DNA of 64,000 nucleotides from Eledone cirrhosa (GCA_964016885.1 OZ024742.1:138694001-138758000); one strand, 5' to 3'. Numbered from the stretch's first letter, positions 14,132 through 28,957 are shown. The notes: a model not told the origin generated them from the letters alone. Program-made: numbers and translations.

Positions 14132-14198
14132 GTAATATCCTTTGCCCTTCGTATATTTCTACCACATTGAACCGGCTTTCTGAAACTTATCAGTCATT

Positions 14199-14240
<42 letters not shown>

Positions 14241-14246
<6 letters not shown>

Positions 14247-15226
14247 GACGTAAAATAAGAAAATTATAAAAATTAACTTACTTACTAAAATTTCACTCCA
14301 ACTAATTAGTTTCTGAAAGGGAATAAACATGGTTTCCGAACGGAACAACATGGAAAAATTCCTTTCGTCATCAGGAAGTCTATTCTCAGCTAAGTTCCCA
14401 GGCAATGCGTGTACACAGGGAACTTATACAAAAATAATTCAGTGGATGGAAAAAAGCAAGCGAGGACTAAATTCCAGGACATTGAAAAAATCACTACCTA
14501 CTTGGTCGGTGGCAAATTCAAAAGAATCAATCAATTTTAGTAAGTAAGTTAATTTTTATAATTTTCTTATTTTACGTCTTTCATATAATTGTTCTGCATC
14601 CCCTTGCATTGAACCACAAGTTACTAAGACAACACCTATATATTTGCTAGCATACGTATGCATCTGTATATATATGTTGGTAGATATACTAATTCTTTAT
14701 AATTATCTCCAAATTATTTTGTTGAGCAAAAATTTGCCAAAACTACTACAATGGTTCATAGTAATAGTCAGGCTACTGTCTTATTAGCACCCCACTCCTC
14801 ACTGATTAACCTCGATGTCACGTGATTGATTCTTTTGAATTTGCCACCGACCAAGTAGGCGGTGATTTTTTCAATGTCCTGGAATTTAGTCCTCGCTTGC
14901 TTTTTTCCATCCACTGAATTATTTTTGTATAAGTTCCCTGTGTCCACGCATTGCCTGGGAACTTAGCTGATAATAAACTTCCTGATGACGAAAGGAATTT
15001 TTCCATGTTGTTCCGTTCGGAAACCATGTTCATTCCCTTTCAGAAACTAATTAGTTGGAGTGAAATTTTAGTAAGTAAGTTAATTTTTATAATTTTCTTA
15101 TTTTACGTCTTTAATATAATTGTTCTGCATCCCCTTGCATTGAACCACAAATTTACTAAGACAAAACCTATATATTTGCTAGCATAGGTATGCATCTATA
15201 TATATATGTTGGTAGATATACTAATT

Positions 15227-15230
<4 letters not shown>
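14241..15230. mobile_element. ORF-less PLE-like foldback/duplicated element with two degenerate hammerhead cores
   Basis: 14272-14535 is inverted to 14824-15080 and 14536-14700 is direct to 15066-15230. Core CTGATGA cgaaaggaa...ttccgttcg GAAA ccatgt TY at about 14982-15031 (+) and 14325-14374 (-); stem I does not pair. Confidence 0.65.
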
Positions 15231-16779
<1,549 letters not shown>

Positions 16780-17718
16780 CTAGAAGAGAAGTAAAATAAA
16801 AGTTAAAAAAACAAGCAAACAAACAAACAAAAACAAAATAAAAAATAACTGTATATAGACACAAATAGGAAAAGTGTGGGTCCCAGTGCAAATGAACTTA
16901 ATATCAGAAATGATAGTTTAGAAAATTGGGTAAAGTAACCCTGGATACGTATTAAAGTATTCAGGGATATATTTCCAGATTTTCTCTGATATTCATAGCG
17001 ATCGACTGCTATTATGTTCATTTGCATTAGGATACGCGCATTTTGAGATTTCAAAATTCCCTAAGTCGATTGCTTTCTTAAGTCAACGCAGAGATAGGCA
17101 TCTTTAGGAAAAACATTATTAGTATATATTAAACATTTCTGCCTAAAAACATATTGCTACTAACCTTAAAGTGTTAACACACTAGAAACTACCCTAGTTT
17201 TAATCACAGATCCAAACTTCACTATAAATAAAATGAAAATCTATGAAACAGTAATATAAAATTCTACTCCCTACCCGTCGCTTTATAAAAGCTTAAACAG
17301 AAACATTATTCGGAGAAACTTCAACCGCTTATCTAACGAAGTGACTTTCCACATATTAGTTCCTTCAAAGAGACCTTCGACATAGTGGCATCTTACAAAG
17401 ATTCCTACGACACTGAGGCCTCTTACAAAAAGACCTTCAACATCGTGGCCCCATATTGCAATAATGTTTCAACTGCAATCAGATTCAAAGAGAAGATTGC
17501 TTACATCTCTTACAAAGTAAGAACATCGATATTATTACTGAAATTCATTATTTTTCTTTTTATTCGTTTAGAGTTCATTTAGCCTTCTGTGAATTGATAC
17601 GTTTCTTTTTTATTTTAGTGTGAATTCCAACCCCTTTAAACAAAGTGTCCTTGTAATAGACGATCCTATAAATCGAACCTAAAAAATCGACTTTCATGTG
17701 AGTGTATACGATACTTAC

Positions 17719-17791
17719 TTCTGTTTCGTCTCCCTGGTCAAACAGCTTTAAGTCTGTTTCAAGAGAGCAAGCTTTAATTACTTCAGCATAT
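17719..17791 (-). CDS. ABCC transporter exon G
   Basis: ttacag / gtaagt; (R)YAEVIKACSLETDLKLFDQGDETE. Confidence 0.95.
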
Positions 17792-18660
17792 CTGTAAATG
17801 TAGGGTTTATTATGTGTCAAACAAGGGAAATAATAACAGCTTGAAGAGAATGTGAAAGGAAACGTGTCCAGGTTTACGCATGTACCGTCAAGTTCAGTCT
17901 CACCAATATATCGTATACATTATGCTTTTATAACGAATCTGGATTAATTAAAACTTGAGGTTGTTTCCACTGCTTTTCTTAACAAGAATTGAGCATTATA
18001 ACAAATATTTCTCCTCATCACGGTTGGAATTTACATTGGCTCACTACACTAAATATGTTAGTACTTACCTCTTAATACACTATTTAGAAGAGTTAATGCA
18101 TCGAGCAATATTTGACAGTAGCTGTATTATTTCATTAACTCAAATAATGAATTCTGAGAATACGTGAGCAGCACAAGTACCATTCCAAGGCTCGGTTAAA
18201 ATGTTTATATCTTATTTCTATGCAAGCGGACCAGAACCGTCAATAATGACGGCTATAGCGTTGAATGTATTTCATTTTGGGAGTCTAGGATTCTGTAAAC
18301 GATCATACAAACTAGGAAAATTATGTTTGATACATTTAAGAGAAACCGTGGAAGGGATTACAAATACGTGGAAGGGATTAAAAATAAAAATGATGTTTTA
18401 ATAAATTATTTATGCATTATAATTACTCAGATGTCCAGTATGTAGGTACAAATAACATACATAATTGCATGCATGAGTAACTCTGGAGAGGTAACTATTT
18501 ACAGGGACCTATGTATGTTTAGAACCCAGGACCTTATGACTGGAAAGCGAACCTCTTATTGTAGCAATACTACTGATATAGAAAATTCATTGCGTATATG
18601 TATAAACTTTTAAGAATTACAGAGGTATATATATATATATATATAGTTTTAATATAGAAG

Positions 18661-18711
18661 AGCTTCTACAGGACTAGAACTGTTTCATTCGTGAGAAATC
18701 ATCAGGAAGCT
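18661..18711 (-). ncRNA. Hammerhead ribozyme fold (type I)
   Basis: agcttc CTGATGA t ttc tcac gaa t GAAA cag ttctagtc ctg TA gaagct; perfect 6-bp stem I, GUA site. Confidence 0.75.
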
Positions 18712-19219
18712 GACAGTCCGAGTAAATATGGTGGTATTTATATCTTTTCTGGTGGTAGGAGAGGCTGGGGAGTGGGATGGGTGGAGGTCATTGGTTGAAA
18801 GAAAAGGGAATACTTTAAAAGCTAATTCTTTAAAGCTATAATTTATATTTAGAGTGACAAAGGCAGAAAGAATTCTATACAAGTTCAAATTGGAGTGCCA
18901 CTCCTTATTTTTAAGTTTCTCTTAAGCTAACAATGCCTATATTTCAGGTGTCTATAAGATGGTTGGAGGTCAGTCATGGTTAAAGAAAAGGGAATTCTTT
19001 AAAAGCTAATTCTTTAAAGCTTTACTTGGAGTGACAAAGGCAGAATTTTATAAACAAGTTCAAATTGTGGGTGCCTCTCCTTATTGTTAAGTTTCTCTTA
19101 AGCTATATTTCAGGTGTCTACAAGCACATTCACACACACAGAGAGATAAATATATATATATTATATATAAATAAAAATAACAGGAGGCTGGACTGGTGTA
19201 AATCCTTGAAAGGTTTATT

Positions 19220-19277
19220 ATACTATGATCATTTCAATGACCGGGTTCCACATGAATCCGGTGATTTCATCAGGTAT
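19220..19277 (-). ncRNA. Hammerhead ribozyme fold, left arm of a foldback element
   Basis: atac CTGATGA aatcaccgg...ccggtcatt GAAA tgatca TA gtat; palindromic stem III. Confidence 0.72.
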
Positions 19278-19420
19278 TCGAAATATAACAAAGGAATATG
19301 TAAAAACATGGGTCCGAAAAATCAGAGACAAAGAGGACGACTGACCAACTAGCTGCCTTCACCTCAGCCAGTCGCCCTCAAAGACCCATGGTTTTTACAT
19401 ATTCCTTTGTTATATTTCGA

Positions 19421-19478
19421 ATACCTGATGAAATCACCGGATTCATATGGAACCCGGTCATTGAAATGATCATAGTAT
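19421..19478 (+). ncRNA. Hammerhead ribozyme fold, right arm of a foldback element
   Basis: Inverted copy of 19220-19277; AUA site, predicted cleavage after 19474. Confidence 0.72.
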
Positions 19479-19659
19479 AATAAACCTTTCAAGGATTTAC
19501 ACCAGTCCAGCCTCCTGTTATTTTTATTGATAATTAACTCCGTATTCGCACCACCAACTACACAAACGAAGACGGGTGAACTGCACTACATTGAGTACTC
19601 TCCACAATATTACACCAAGATTGACCATACGGAATTCTATCCAGTGGTGAACCAACAAA

Positions 19660-19809
19660 CCTAATGATATATATTATATATATGTATATATAGGTATATA
19701 TATATAAATATATACACACATAAACACACACACATATATATATACACACATACATAAACACACATACATATATATATATATACACATATATACACATATA
19801 TATATACAC

Positions 19810-19840
<31 letters not shown>

Positions 19841-19853
19841 TATACACATATAT

Positions 19854-19902
<49 letters not shown>

Positions 19903-20068
19903 CACATATACACACATATACACATATACACATATACAAACATATACACATACAATATACACACATACATGCATATATATATATATACATATATATACAC
20001 ATACATATACACACATACATATATATATACATATATATATATACACACATATATATATATATATACAC

Positions 20069-20099
<31 letters not shown>

Positions 20100-20636
20100 T
20101 ATATATACACATATATACACACACATATATATATACATACACATACACATATACACATATACAAACATACACGCATACATATATATATATATAAAAAAAC
20201 ATTTTACTCTTATACCCATATATGTATACACATACACACACACACACACGAGCTTTATATGTACCTGCGTATGTGTATATTTGTGTGTATATATATATAT
20301 ATTAATATGTGCATGTGTATGTATGTACATGTATGTATATATGTATATGTATATATATATGTGTGTGTGTGTATGTGTATGTGTATATGTGTGTATATGT
20401 GTATATGTGTGTATATGTGTAAATATATATGTATATATATATATGTATATGTACCTGCGTATGTGTATATTTGTGTGTATATATATATATATTTATATGT
20501 GTATGTGTATGTATGTACATGTATGTATATATGTATGTATATGTATATATATATATGTGTGTGTGTGTGTATGTGTATGTGTATACGTGTGTATATGTGT
20601 ATATGTGTGTATATGTGTAAATATATATGTATATAT

Positions 20637-20680
<44 letters not shown>
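19660..20680. repeat. Compound (TA)n/(CA)n/(TG)n microsatellite tract
   Basis: Low complexity; similar tracts at 22940-23660, 28850-29100, 30040-30625 and many shorter ones. Confidence 0.95.
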
Positions 20681-20681
<1 letters not shown>

Positions 20682-20682
<1 letters not shown>

Positions 20683-22935
20683 TTATTAAAATAACAGATT
20701 AAAGTTTAAGCAAAGAATCGATGCTTTCACCCTTAACGGGATCTTCTGAAACTAACAAAGTCAATCTGTAAACGCAGAAGTGGATATTTCAAAAAACGTT
20801 GCAACCGGGGGAAGACAGGAAGACGATACTTTGGTTCGTGGAAACGTTCCCTGGCAAAGAACGGGAAAAAACGAATATAATACGTCATAAATAGGTGCGG
20901 TGAAAAACAATTACGCGCAAAGACAGAACCACGTTTATGGTATAAAAGATGTCGTAGATTAATGTTTTCTTAGGTGGTTCATAGAGACGTTCTCTGGCAA
21001 TGAACGAAAAAAACGAAGAAAATACGTCATATGTGGAGCGTGGAGAACAATTGCACGCAAAGACAAAACCACGTAAATGGTATAGCAGAAGTCGTAGACT
21101 AAAATTCTAACTAGGAGACCGAATGAATCTCCGCTTCAGAGTTAAGAACAAAGTAAATAAATACAATTTGTTGGTACAACCCACCATATAATATGGAGGT
21201 GGCCACACCATTAGCTAAGATCTTTCTTTCCCTTATTACGAAGCATTTTCCCCCTACACATAAATATAGTAAAATTTTTAATAGAAATACTATTAAAAAT
21301 TCTTACTCTGCGACTCCTAACCTTGCACATAACATCACAGCTTCAAATTTAGCTAAACTACCTAGCCGTAGGAACACGTGCAACCCTGTAGTTAGTACTA
21401 ACTGTAATTGTAGGAATCGGGTTGATTGCCCCTATCCGGGTAATGCCTCTCTAGTAACATTGTCTTCAAATGTAAGGTTGAAACACCCACGTCCCGTAGG
21501 GCCTACATAGGGTTAACCGCCAATAGATTCAAGCAGCGTCTTTACATGCATACCCATTCTTTTCGTTACCCTCTAAGAAGGAATATGACGTCACATTCAG
21601 CTTATATCTGGAGTCTAAAGACAACCACACCCAATATAAGTTACACTGCGAGATCCTAGCTAGGGCTAGATCGTATAACGGAAATAAAAGACCATGTGAC
21701 CTCTGCGCCGCTGAGGCCCTGGGAATACTCTACGCCACAGACCACATCTTAAACAAAAAATCTGAGACAATTTCGGCTTGTAAACATAAATTGCACAAAA
21801 CTTTCCTGTATTACAGCCCCACGTTATACCGTACGGATAGTACGATCTATACGTGGATGTTTTACGTCCTGATGTCGTAGCTAAGTATATGTTTTGTTTA
21901 TACCATTACTTATTTGCATAGGTAAGTATATATTACCTGTATGTTGGTGAAGGTACGTATACCTTCTCGTACGTATATTTGATTGTATATGTTATGGCGT
22001 ATAATTTTATATATTCTGGTACATATGGTTTGGTTATGTGTATACGGGAGTTTTGCGTCTGTGTGAGTAGGTGGTTCGTACGCATGTAGGCTGCGTGTAT
22101 ATGTGTACTTCATGTTTTGGTTGACTTACGTCTCCGAACATTTGTGTATTTACATGTAGGTATGTGTGTGCGCTTGTTATATACGTATTTATTTATTTAT
22201 ATACGTTTATTTAATTATTTATTTATTTGTATACACGCATACACACACACACATATTTATATGTGCGTGGTTTTGTATACCTATGGTAAGTGTTTTCGCG
22301 TATACTTGTGTATGTATGTATTTGTATGCGTGTATGTATTTATTTAATTTCTATTACCTCTGTATTGTATTTATTTACTTTGTTCTTAACTCTGAAGCGG
22401 AGATTCATTCGGTCTCCTAGTTAGAATTTTAGTCTACGACTTCTGCTATACCATTTACGTGGTTTTGTCTTTGCGTGCAATTGTTCTCCACGCTCCACAT
22501 ATGACGTATTTTCTTCGTTTTTTTTTTCGTTCATTGCCAGAGAACGTCTCTATGAACCACCTAAGAGAACATTAGTCTACGACTTCTTTTATACCATAAA
22601 CGTGGTTCTGTCTTTGCGCGTAATTGTTTTTCACCGCTCCTATTTATGACGTATTATATTCGTTTTTTCCCGTTCTTTGCCAGGGAACGTTTCCACGAAC
22701 CAAAGTATCGTCTTCCTGTCTTCCTCCGGTTGCAACGTTTTTTGAAATATCCACTTCTTCGTTTACAGATTGACTTTGTTAGTTTCAGAAGATCCCGTTA
22801 AGGGTGAAAGCATCGATTCTTTGCTTAAACTTTAATCTGTTATTTTAATAAATATTTGCTCTACGGTTCTTATATATTTGATATATATTTATCCTTATCG
22901 AGCCCTCTTTGGATTTAGTCTTCAAATTTATTATT
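20682..22935 (+). mobile_element. 5'-truncated Penelope-like element (possibly Naiad-type) between ~485 bp inverted repeats
   Basis: 21168-21830: FLSLITKHFP...KIFNRNTIK.SYS, CNCRNRVDCP, then (frameshift) NIVFKC...YIGLTANRFKQR..H..SF, CDLC..E, LNKKSE...CKH; 20682-21167 is inverted to 22364-22855. Confidence 0.85.
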
Positions 22936-22952
22936 ATTACTATATATGTATA

Positions 22953-23004
<52 letters not shown>

Positions 23005-23016
23005 AGTATGTGTGTG

Positions 23017-23127
<111 letters not shown>

Positions 23128-23271
23128 ATATATATGTGTATATATATATATATATATATAAATGTATGGGTGTGTATGTATGTATTTTTTTATATATGTG
23201 TCTGCGCAGTTTGTTTTTGTGTCTGTATATATGTATATATATATATATATGTGTGTGTATGTGTGTATGGG

Positions 23272-23372
<101 letters not shown>

Positions 23373-23421
23373 ATATATGTATATGTGTGTGTATGTATAT
23401 ATGTGTGTGTATATATATATT

Positions 23422-23530
<109 letters not shown>

Positions 23531-23589
23531 ATATTTGGAGATATATATATGTGTGTGTATGTGTGCTTGTGTTTTTAATCGTTTGTGTT

Positions 23590-23622
<33 letters not shown>

Positions 23623-23962
23623 ATATTTTTTTAAATGTATATATTTTTAAATGTATATATATAAGTATTGAAGTTTCCGTTGAAAATTGAAAAAGTTAGA
23701 GGAATGAAGAATGCTCTATGTAAGTTGTATTCGTCTTCTTCGGCAAACCTCTGGTAATGAGGTAATTATACTGTATTGTTTATTATACATTAAATATGTA
23801 TTTATATATATATATATATATATTAGAAAGTGAGGGTTTTTTTACAAAATGAAAAATAACCGAGGTGTCCTACACGATTGAAAGTATAAAGAAAAAAAAA
23901 TGAAATCGAAGATGCAACTGGAGTCTTATTTTAAAAAATATATATATATATATATGTGGTTC

Positions 23963-23998
23963 CTTTACCGGTTTCGCAGTTCTTCTGCTTTTCAAAAG
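23963..23998 (-). ncRNA. Minimal hammerhead fold with U3-A8 core variant (PLE pLTR)
   Basis: ctt TTGAAAA gcag aagaa ctgc GAAA ccgg TA aag; sense to the PLE ORF. Confidence 0.6.
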
Positions 23999-24214
23999 TA
24001 GAGTTCAGATGGAGGTTCTGTGGTTGTTCTCACATCTGGTTGGTCTCTGAATGTTACTTGTTTTATATGTAAAAAGTGGCTCGAAATGCCAGGTTTTTCG
24101 AGAAGTAATTTGATGGGTTGGTCAATAAATATAATAAATTTCGCGCCAGTTCGCGTTACAAAGTTCTTCAAACAAGGGGGGGGGGGTGTCACAGGTTGTT
24201 TTTTCATATATCAG

Positions 24215-24526
24215 GGTTTGAATTTCTTTTTACTTAAAAAAAGGGGGGCTCACGAAGGCTTTTTTTTAATAAACCTAATTTGATTGGTTATAAATGAAAT
24301 TATGGCTGTCACGTGAACAAGTTTTCATTAAATTTTCGCGCCCTTATTTGGAAATCCATTCAGTAGCCTATTTAGAGAATGTTATGACAAGCAAAAGATA
24401 ATGGTCAAGAGAAATGGGATGGGAGAATTGTTCTGGTTCAGTGAATATGGTTAGTTCGCTGGGGTGTCAGAATTCAGATTTTCTATTGAATAAAGAAAGT
24501 AAATATATGTATGTTTATTTGTGAGC

Positions 24527-24557
<31 letters not shown>

Positions 24558-24880
24558 GTGTGTGTGTGTGTTTGAATTTCTTTTTACCTAAAAAAAGGGG
24601 GGCTCACTTAGGCTTTTTTTTAATAAACGTAATTTGATTGGTTATAAATGAAATTATGGCTATCACGTGAACAAGTTTTCATTAAATTTTCGCGCCCTCA
24701 TTTGGAAATCTATTCTGTAGCCTATTTAGAGAATTTTATGACAAGCAAAAGATAATGGTCAAGAGAAATGGGATGGGACAATTGTTCTGGTTCAGTGAAT
24801 ATGGTTAGTTCGCTGGGGTGTCAGAATTCAGATTTTCTATTGAATAAAGAAAATAAAGATATGTATGTTTATTTGTGTGC

Positions 24881-24965
<85 letters not shown>

Positions 24966-25380
24966 GTGTGTGTGTGTTTGAATTTCTTTTTCCTTAAAAA
25001 AAAGGGGGCTCACGAAGACTTTTTTTTAATAAACGTAATTTGATTGGTTATAAATGAAATTATGGTGTCACGTGAACAAGTTTTCATTAAATTTTCGCGC
25101 CCTTATTTGGAAATCTATTCTGTAGCCTTTTTAGAGAATTTTATGACAAGCAAAAGATAATTGTTTCTACTTTAGGCACAAGGCCAGCAATTAACAGTAC
25201 ATTACTGGTATTTTATTCTATCGACCCCGTATGGTCAAGAGAAATGGGATGGGAGAATTTTTCTGGTTCAGTGAATATGGTTAGTTCGCTGGGGTGTCAG
25301 AAATCAGATTTTCTATTGAATAAAGAAAGTAAAGATATGTATGTTTATTTGTGTGCTTGTGTGTGTGTGTGTGTGTGTGT
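24215..25380. repeat. Three tandem ~360-400 bp units in the PLE 3' region, separated by (GT)n
   Basis: Unit ttgaatttcttttt...ggggctcac...ggttagttcgctggggtgtcag...gtgtgt recurs at about 24215, 24571 and 24977; the third carries a SINE fragment (about 25160-25230). Confidence 0.9.
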
Positions 25381-25894
25381 GTATTGGAAGATGATTCTAT
25401 TAGTAGAAATGGGGGAGGGAGTTGTGTGTGTGTGTATATGGGTGTTATGTGTGTGTGTGTAGGAGTATGTTAAGATGGAGAGAATATATATTTTGTGTGT
25501 GTGTATATATGTGTGTAGGAAAGTGATTCTATTAGTAGAAATGGGGGAGGGGTGTGTGGGTGTGGGGGTTGTTATGTGTGTGTATGGGTGTTATGTGTGT
25601 TGGAGTATGTGTATGGGTGTTATGTGTGTGTATGGTTAGCATGTTAAGATGAAGAGAATATATATATATATTGTGTGTGTGTGTGTGTGTAGGAAAATGA
25701 TTCCTTTAGTAGGAATATTTTTGACTGAAGATATTTTCCTTACTTATTCGTATTTGTTCTGTTGTATTGTCAGTGCAAACGTATGTTAAGGTTTATTTAG
25801 TTCGGGTTTTTATTTTCTAAAGTAGAAGGTGTTATGTGTGTGTGTATGTGTCTGTTTGGATGGTTAGCATGTTATGGTGTTGACATAATGTATA

Positions 25895-28164
25895 TTAAAC
25901 CATATTTAATGCTGGTCTATATTTTTGAATAAACATATTTTCCTTATTTATTCGTATTTGTTCTGTTGTATTGTTAGCGCAAAGGTAAAATGGGAAGACT
26001 TGGAATTTGGGTGTCTTATTACTTGCGCATATGTCTAGATGTGCGCTTAATGGTATCTGTCTCGTGGTTGGATCTCGTAATTGTTGGCGATGAACTGTCA
26101 TTCTGTTTCTGAGTGTGAGTTTAGTTTGTCCTATATAATCTTCATTGCATCCTTTACATTTAATGGCATAAAGTAGATTTTTTGATGAGCAAGTGAAGTG
26201 ATTTTTTACAGTAAAATTTTGTCCTGATTTAAATGTATACGTGTTGCCTTCAATGAGGTGAGTGCAGGTTCCACAATTAGAGCGACCACATTTTTTGACA
26301 CTTGGTTGTGAGTTTGTGGTAGGTAATTTGGCATTGGTGAGTAATGTTTTCAGTGATTTCAGTTGTCTTTTGCCTTTGATTATTTTGTGTGTTTCAAGGG
26401 CTTTTTTCATTCTTGGGTTTTGTTTTAGTAGTGGGATGTTCTTGTGAATAGTATTGTAAGCTGCCGCATTTCTTGGGTTGTGTGTTGAGATATATGATAG
26501 AATATTGGACGTACCTTGAATTTGTTTCTGTTTCGTAATTCATCAATGACTATTGCTTTAGCCCTTTTTATTCCATTATTTATTAGTAATAGTGAGTACT
26601 CTCTTTCGAGTAGAATTTCCTTTAATTCTTGAAGTCTTTTATTTCGCGTTTCATAATTGGAGACAATTGTGCAAATTCTTCTTGCTAGGTTAAAAGGAAT
26701 GTTCGTCTTCGTGTGCTTTGGATGGTTGGAGGTGAATAGCAGGTATTGTTTGGAATCTGTTGGTTTGTAGTGTATATCAGTTTCAATATTTGTGTCTTTT
26801 TTTAAGATTAAGATGTCCAGAAATGGGAGTTGATCTTGGCTGTATTCCATTGTGAATTGGGTGTGGTTATTGATGCCGTTTATTAAGTTTTTGAAATCCT
26901 TCAGTTGGTCGAGTGTGTGGGACCAAAGAATGAGACAATCATCCAAGTAGCGTTTCCAATTCTCTGATAAATATTTGAGGAAGTTCAATCCGTATTTTGA
27001 TTTGGACTGTTCATATATCTGGACTTCTAAGTATGCCATGACTAAGTTGGCATAAGTTGGAGCGGCTTTTGTACCCATCGCAGTCCCCGATATTTGCTTG
27101 TAAGTACTGCCATCGAAATCAAAAAAGTTGTTCTGTAAGATGAATTTTAATCCCTCGGTGATGAAGCTTTTTTCTATTCTGTCAGGTATCTCATTGGGAT
27201 ATTTCTCTAGCCAGAGTCCTATTGCTTCTAGTCCGTATTGGTGTGGGATCGTTGTGTAGAGATTCACTACATCGAAAGACACAATAATAGTGTCGTTGTT
27301 GACATGTCTGGGGAGGTGGTTTAAGAGGTCCAGATCGTCTCTTACAAGGCTTGGTATGTGTTTGAGAATTGGTTTTAGTAGTATGTCTATAAAGTTGCTC
27401 AGTCTGTGTGTTTCACATTGTGGGCCTGCTACAATTGGTCTTAATTTAAGGTATGTGGGGGTATTGTGTGTTCACGCAGGCTGAGGTGGATTGTTTACAG
27501 GCATCGTTAATTATTTTACATTTGTGGATCTTCGGAAGTCCGTAAAGGTTGCTGGTTTTGTATTCAAAATGTGTTAAATAATCGCGTTCCTTTTTAGTTA
27601 GGTCTTCCTGGTATCGACAAATCAGTGTGTTTAATCTGGTCATTGTTTTTGATTGCTGGTAGTTTTTTACTCTTTCATAGTAATTAGTATTTTGTAAGAG
27701 AGAGAACATAGAATTTTTATATTTTTCAGCCTCCATAATGACAACAGTACTTCCCTTGTCCGCTTCCTTAATTATAATGTCCGTATTTTTTTTAGTTCAT
27801 GGATAATCTCCCATTCCCTTCGACTCGTGTTGGGTTTGGGTTTAGGTTTCGGTAGTTCATGGTATGAGATGGTAGCTATGTGGTCACAAAATTTGTCCAG
27901 AACTCTGTTTCTACCTTTTGTTGGGTTGTAGCTGCTTTTATTCCGTACAATTGATTCGTCGTTATTCTCCTTGTCAAAGAATTCCTCTGTGAGACGTAAT
28001 TTTCTACAGAAGTGTGAGATATCGTCATTTATCTCATTGGGGTTAGAGTATTGTGGTGTTGGTGTGAATTTCAGTCCTTTGGAGAGAATGTTTACTTGTT
28101 GGGCTGAGAGGTTTGTATTTGAAAGGTTGATTATTTTCGGTTTTTCAAAATCGGTTTGTGCCAC
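25895..28164 (-). pseudogene. PLE RT/GIY-YIG endonuclease ORF, near full length, several frameshifts
   Basis: INLS...LSKGLKFTPTP, IKEADKG, YGLPKIHK, LRPIVA, SFDVVNLYTTIP, GTAMGT, WKRYLDD, LPFLD, YKPTDS; Cys-rich linker CGRSNCGTC; NLLYAIKCKGCNEDYIGQT...R...H. Confidence 0.92.
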
Positions 28165-28743
28165 CGGGTGCCGTGGGTCCGGTAGCCTTGTTCTAAAAAA
28201 TGATTTTTCTGGAATGTTTTTTCAATGGTATTATTATATTTAATGGTATTTCCCCTGTTGTTGTGTGGTCTTGTATACTAGCGAACTAACCATATTCACT
28301 GAACCAGAACAATTCTCCCATCCTATTTCTCTTGACCATTATCTTTTACTTATCATAAAATTCTCTAAAAAGGCTACAGAATGGATTTCCAAATAAGGGC
28401 GCGAAAATTTAATGAAAACTTATTCACGTGACAGCCATAATTTCATTTATAACCAATCAAATTACGTTTATTAAAAAAAAAGCCTTCGTGAGCCCTCCTT
28501 TTTTTAAGTAAAAAGAAATTCAAACACTCATATATGAAAAAACATCCTAGGCCCCCCCCCCCCCCCTTGTTTGAAGAACTTTGTAACGCGAACTGGCGCG
28601 AAATTTATTATAATTATTGACCAACCCATCAAATTACTTCTCGAAAAACCTGGCATTTCGAGCCACTTTTTACATATAAAACAAGTAACATTCAGAGACC
28701 AACCAGATGTGAGAAAAACCACAGACCCTCCATCTCAATTCTG

Positions 28744-28779
28744 CTTTTGAAAAGGAGAAGAACTGCGAAACCGGTAAAG
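28744..28779 (+). ncRNA. Minimal hammerhead fold with U3-A8 core variant (inverted pLTR)
   Basis: ctt TTGAAAA ggag aagaa ctgc GAAA ccgg TA aag; one stem II mismatch. Confidence 0.5.
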
Positions 28780-28850
28780 GAACCAAATAAATATATATAT
28801 ATTTTTTTTTAAATAAGACTGCAGTTGCATTTTCGATTTCATCTTTTTTT

Positions 28851-28886
<36 letters not shown>

Positions 28887-28906
28887 TGTGTGTGTGTGTG
28901 TATATG

Positions 28907-28957
<51 letters not shown>

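Larger units (their letters stand above)
23890..28850 (-). mobile_element. Penelope-like retroelement (Neptune-type) with 3' pseudo-LTR, tandem 3' repeats and inverted 5' pLTR copy
   Basis: Contains a frameshifted RT + GIY-YIG ORF; 28279-28850 is an inverted copy of about 23890-24460; hammerhead fold in both pLTR copies. Confidence 0.9.

Noticed and set aside
19558-20702. Long ORFs rich in YI/CV/HT dipeptides (also 22878-23690, 28670-29138, 29958-30848 and others)
   Set aside because: Translations of stop-free dinucleotide microsatellites, not genes.
24215-25380. Regularly spaced repeats (also 41841-41940 and 49290-49640) as a possible CRISPR-like array
   Set aside because: Long tandem duplications without unique spacers, in eukaryotic DNA, with no cas genes.
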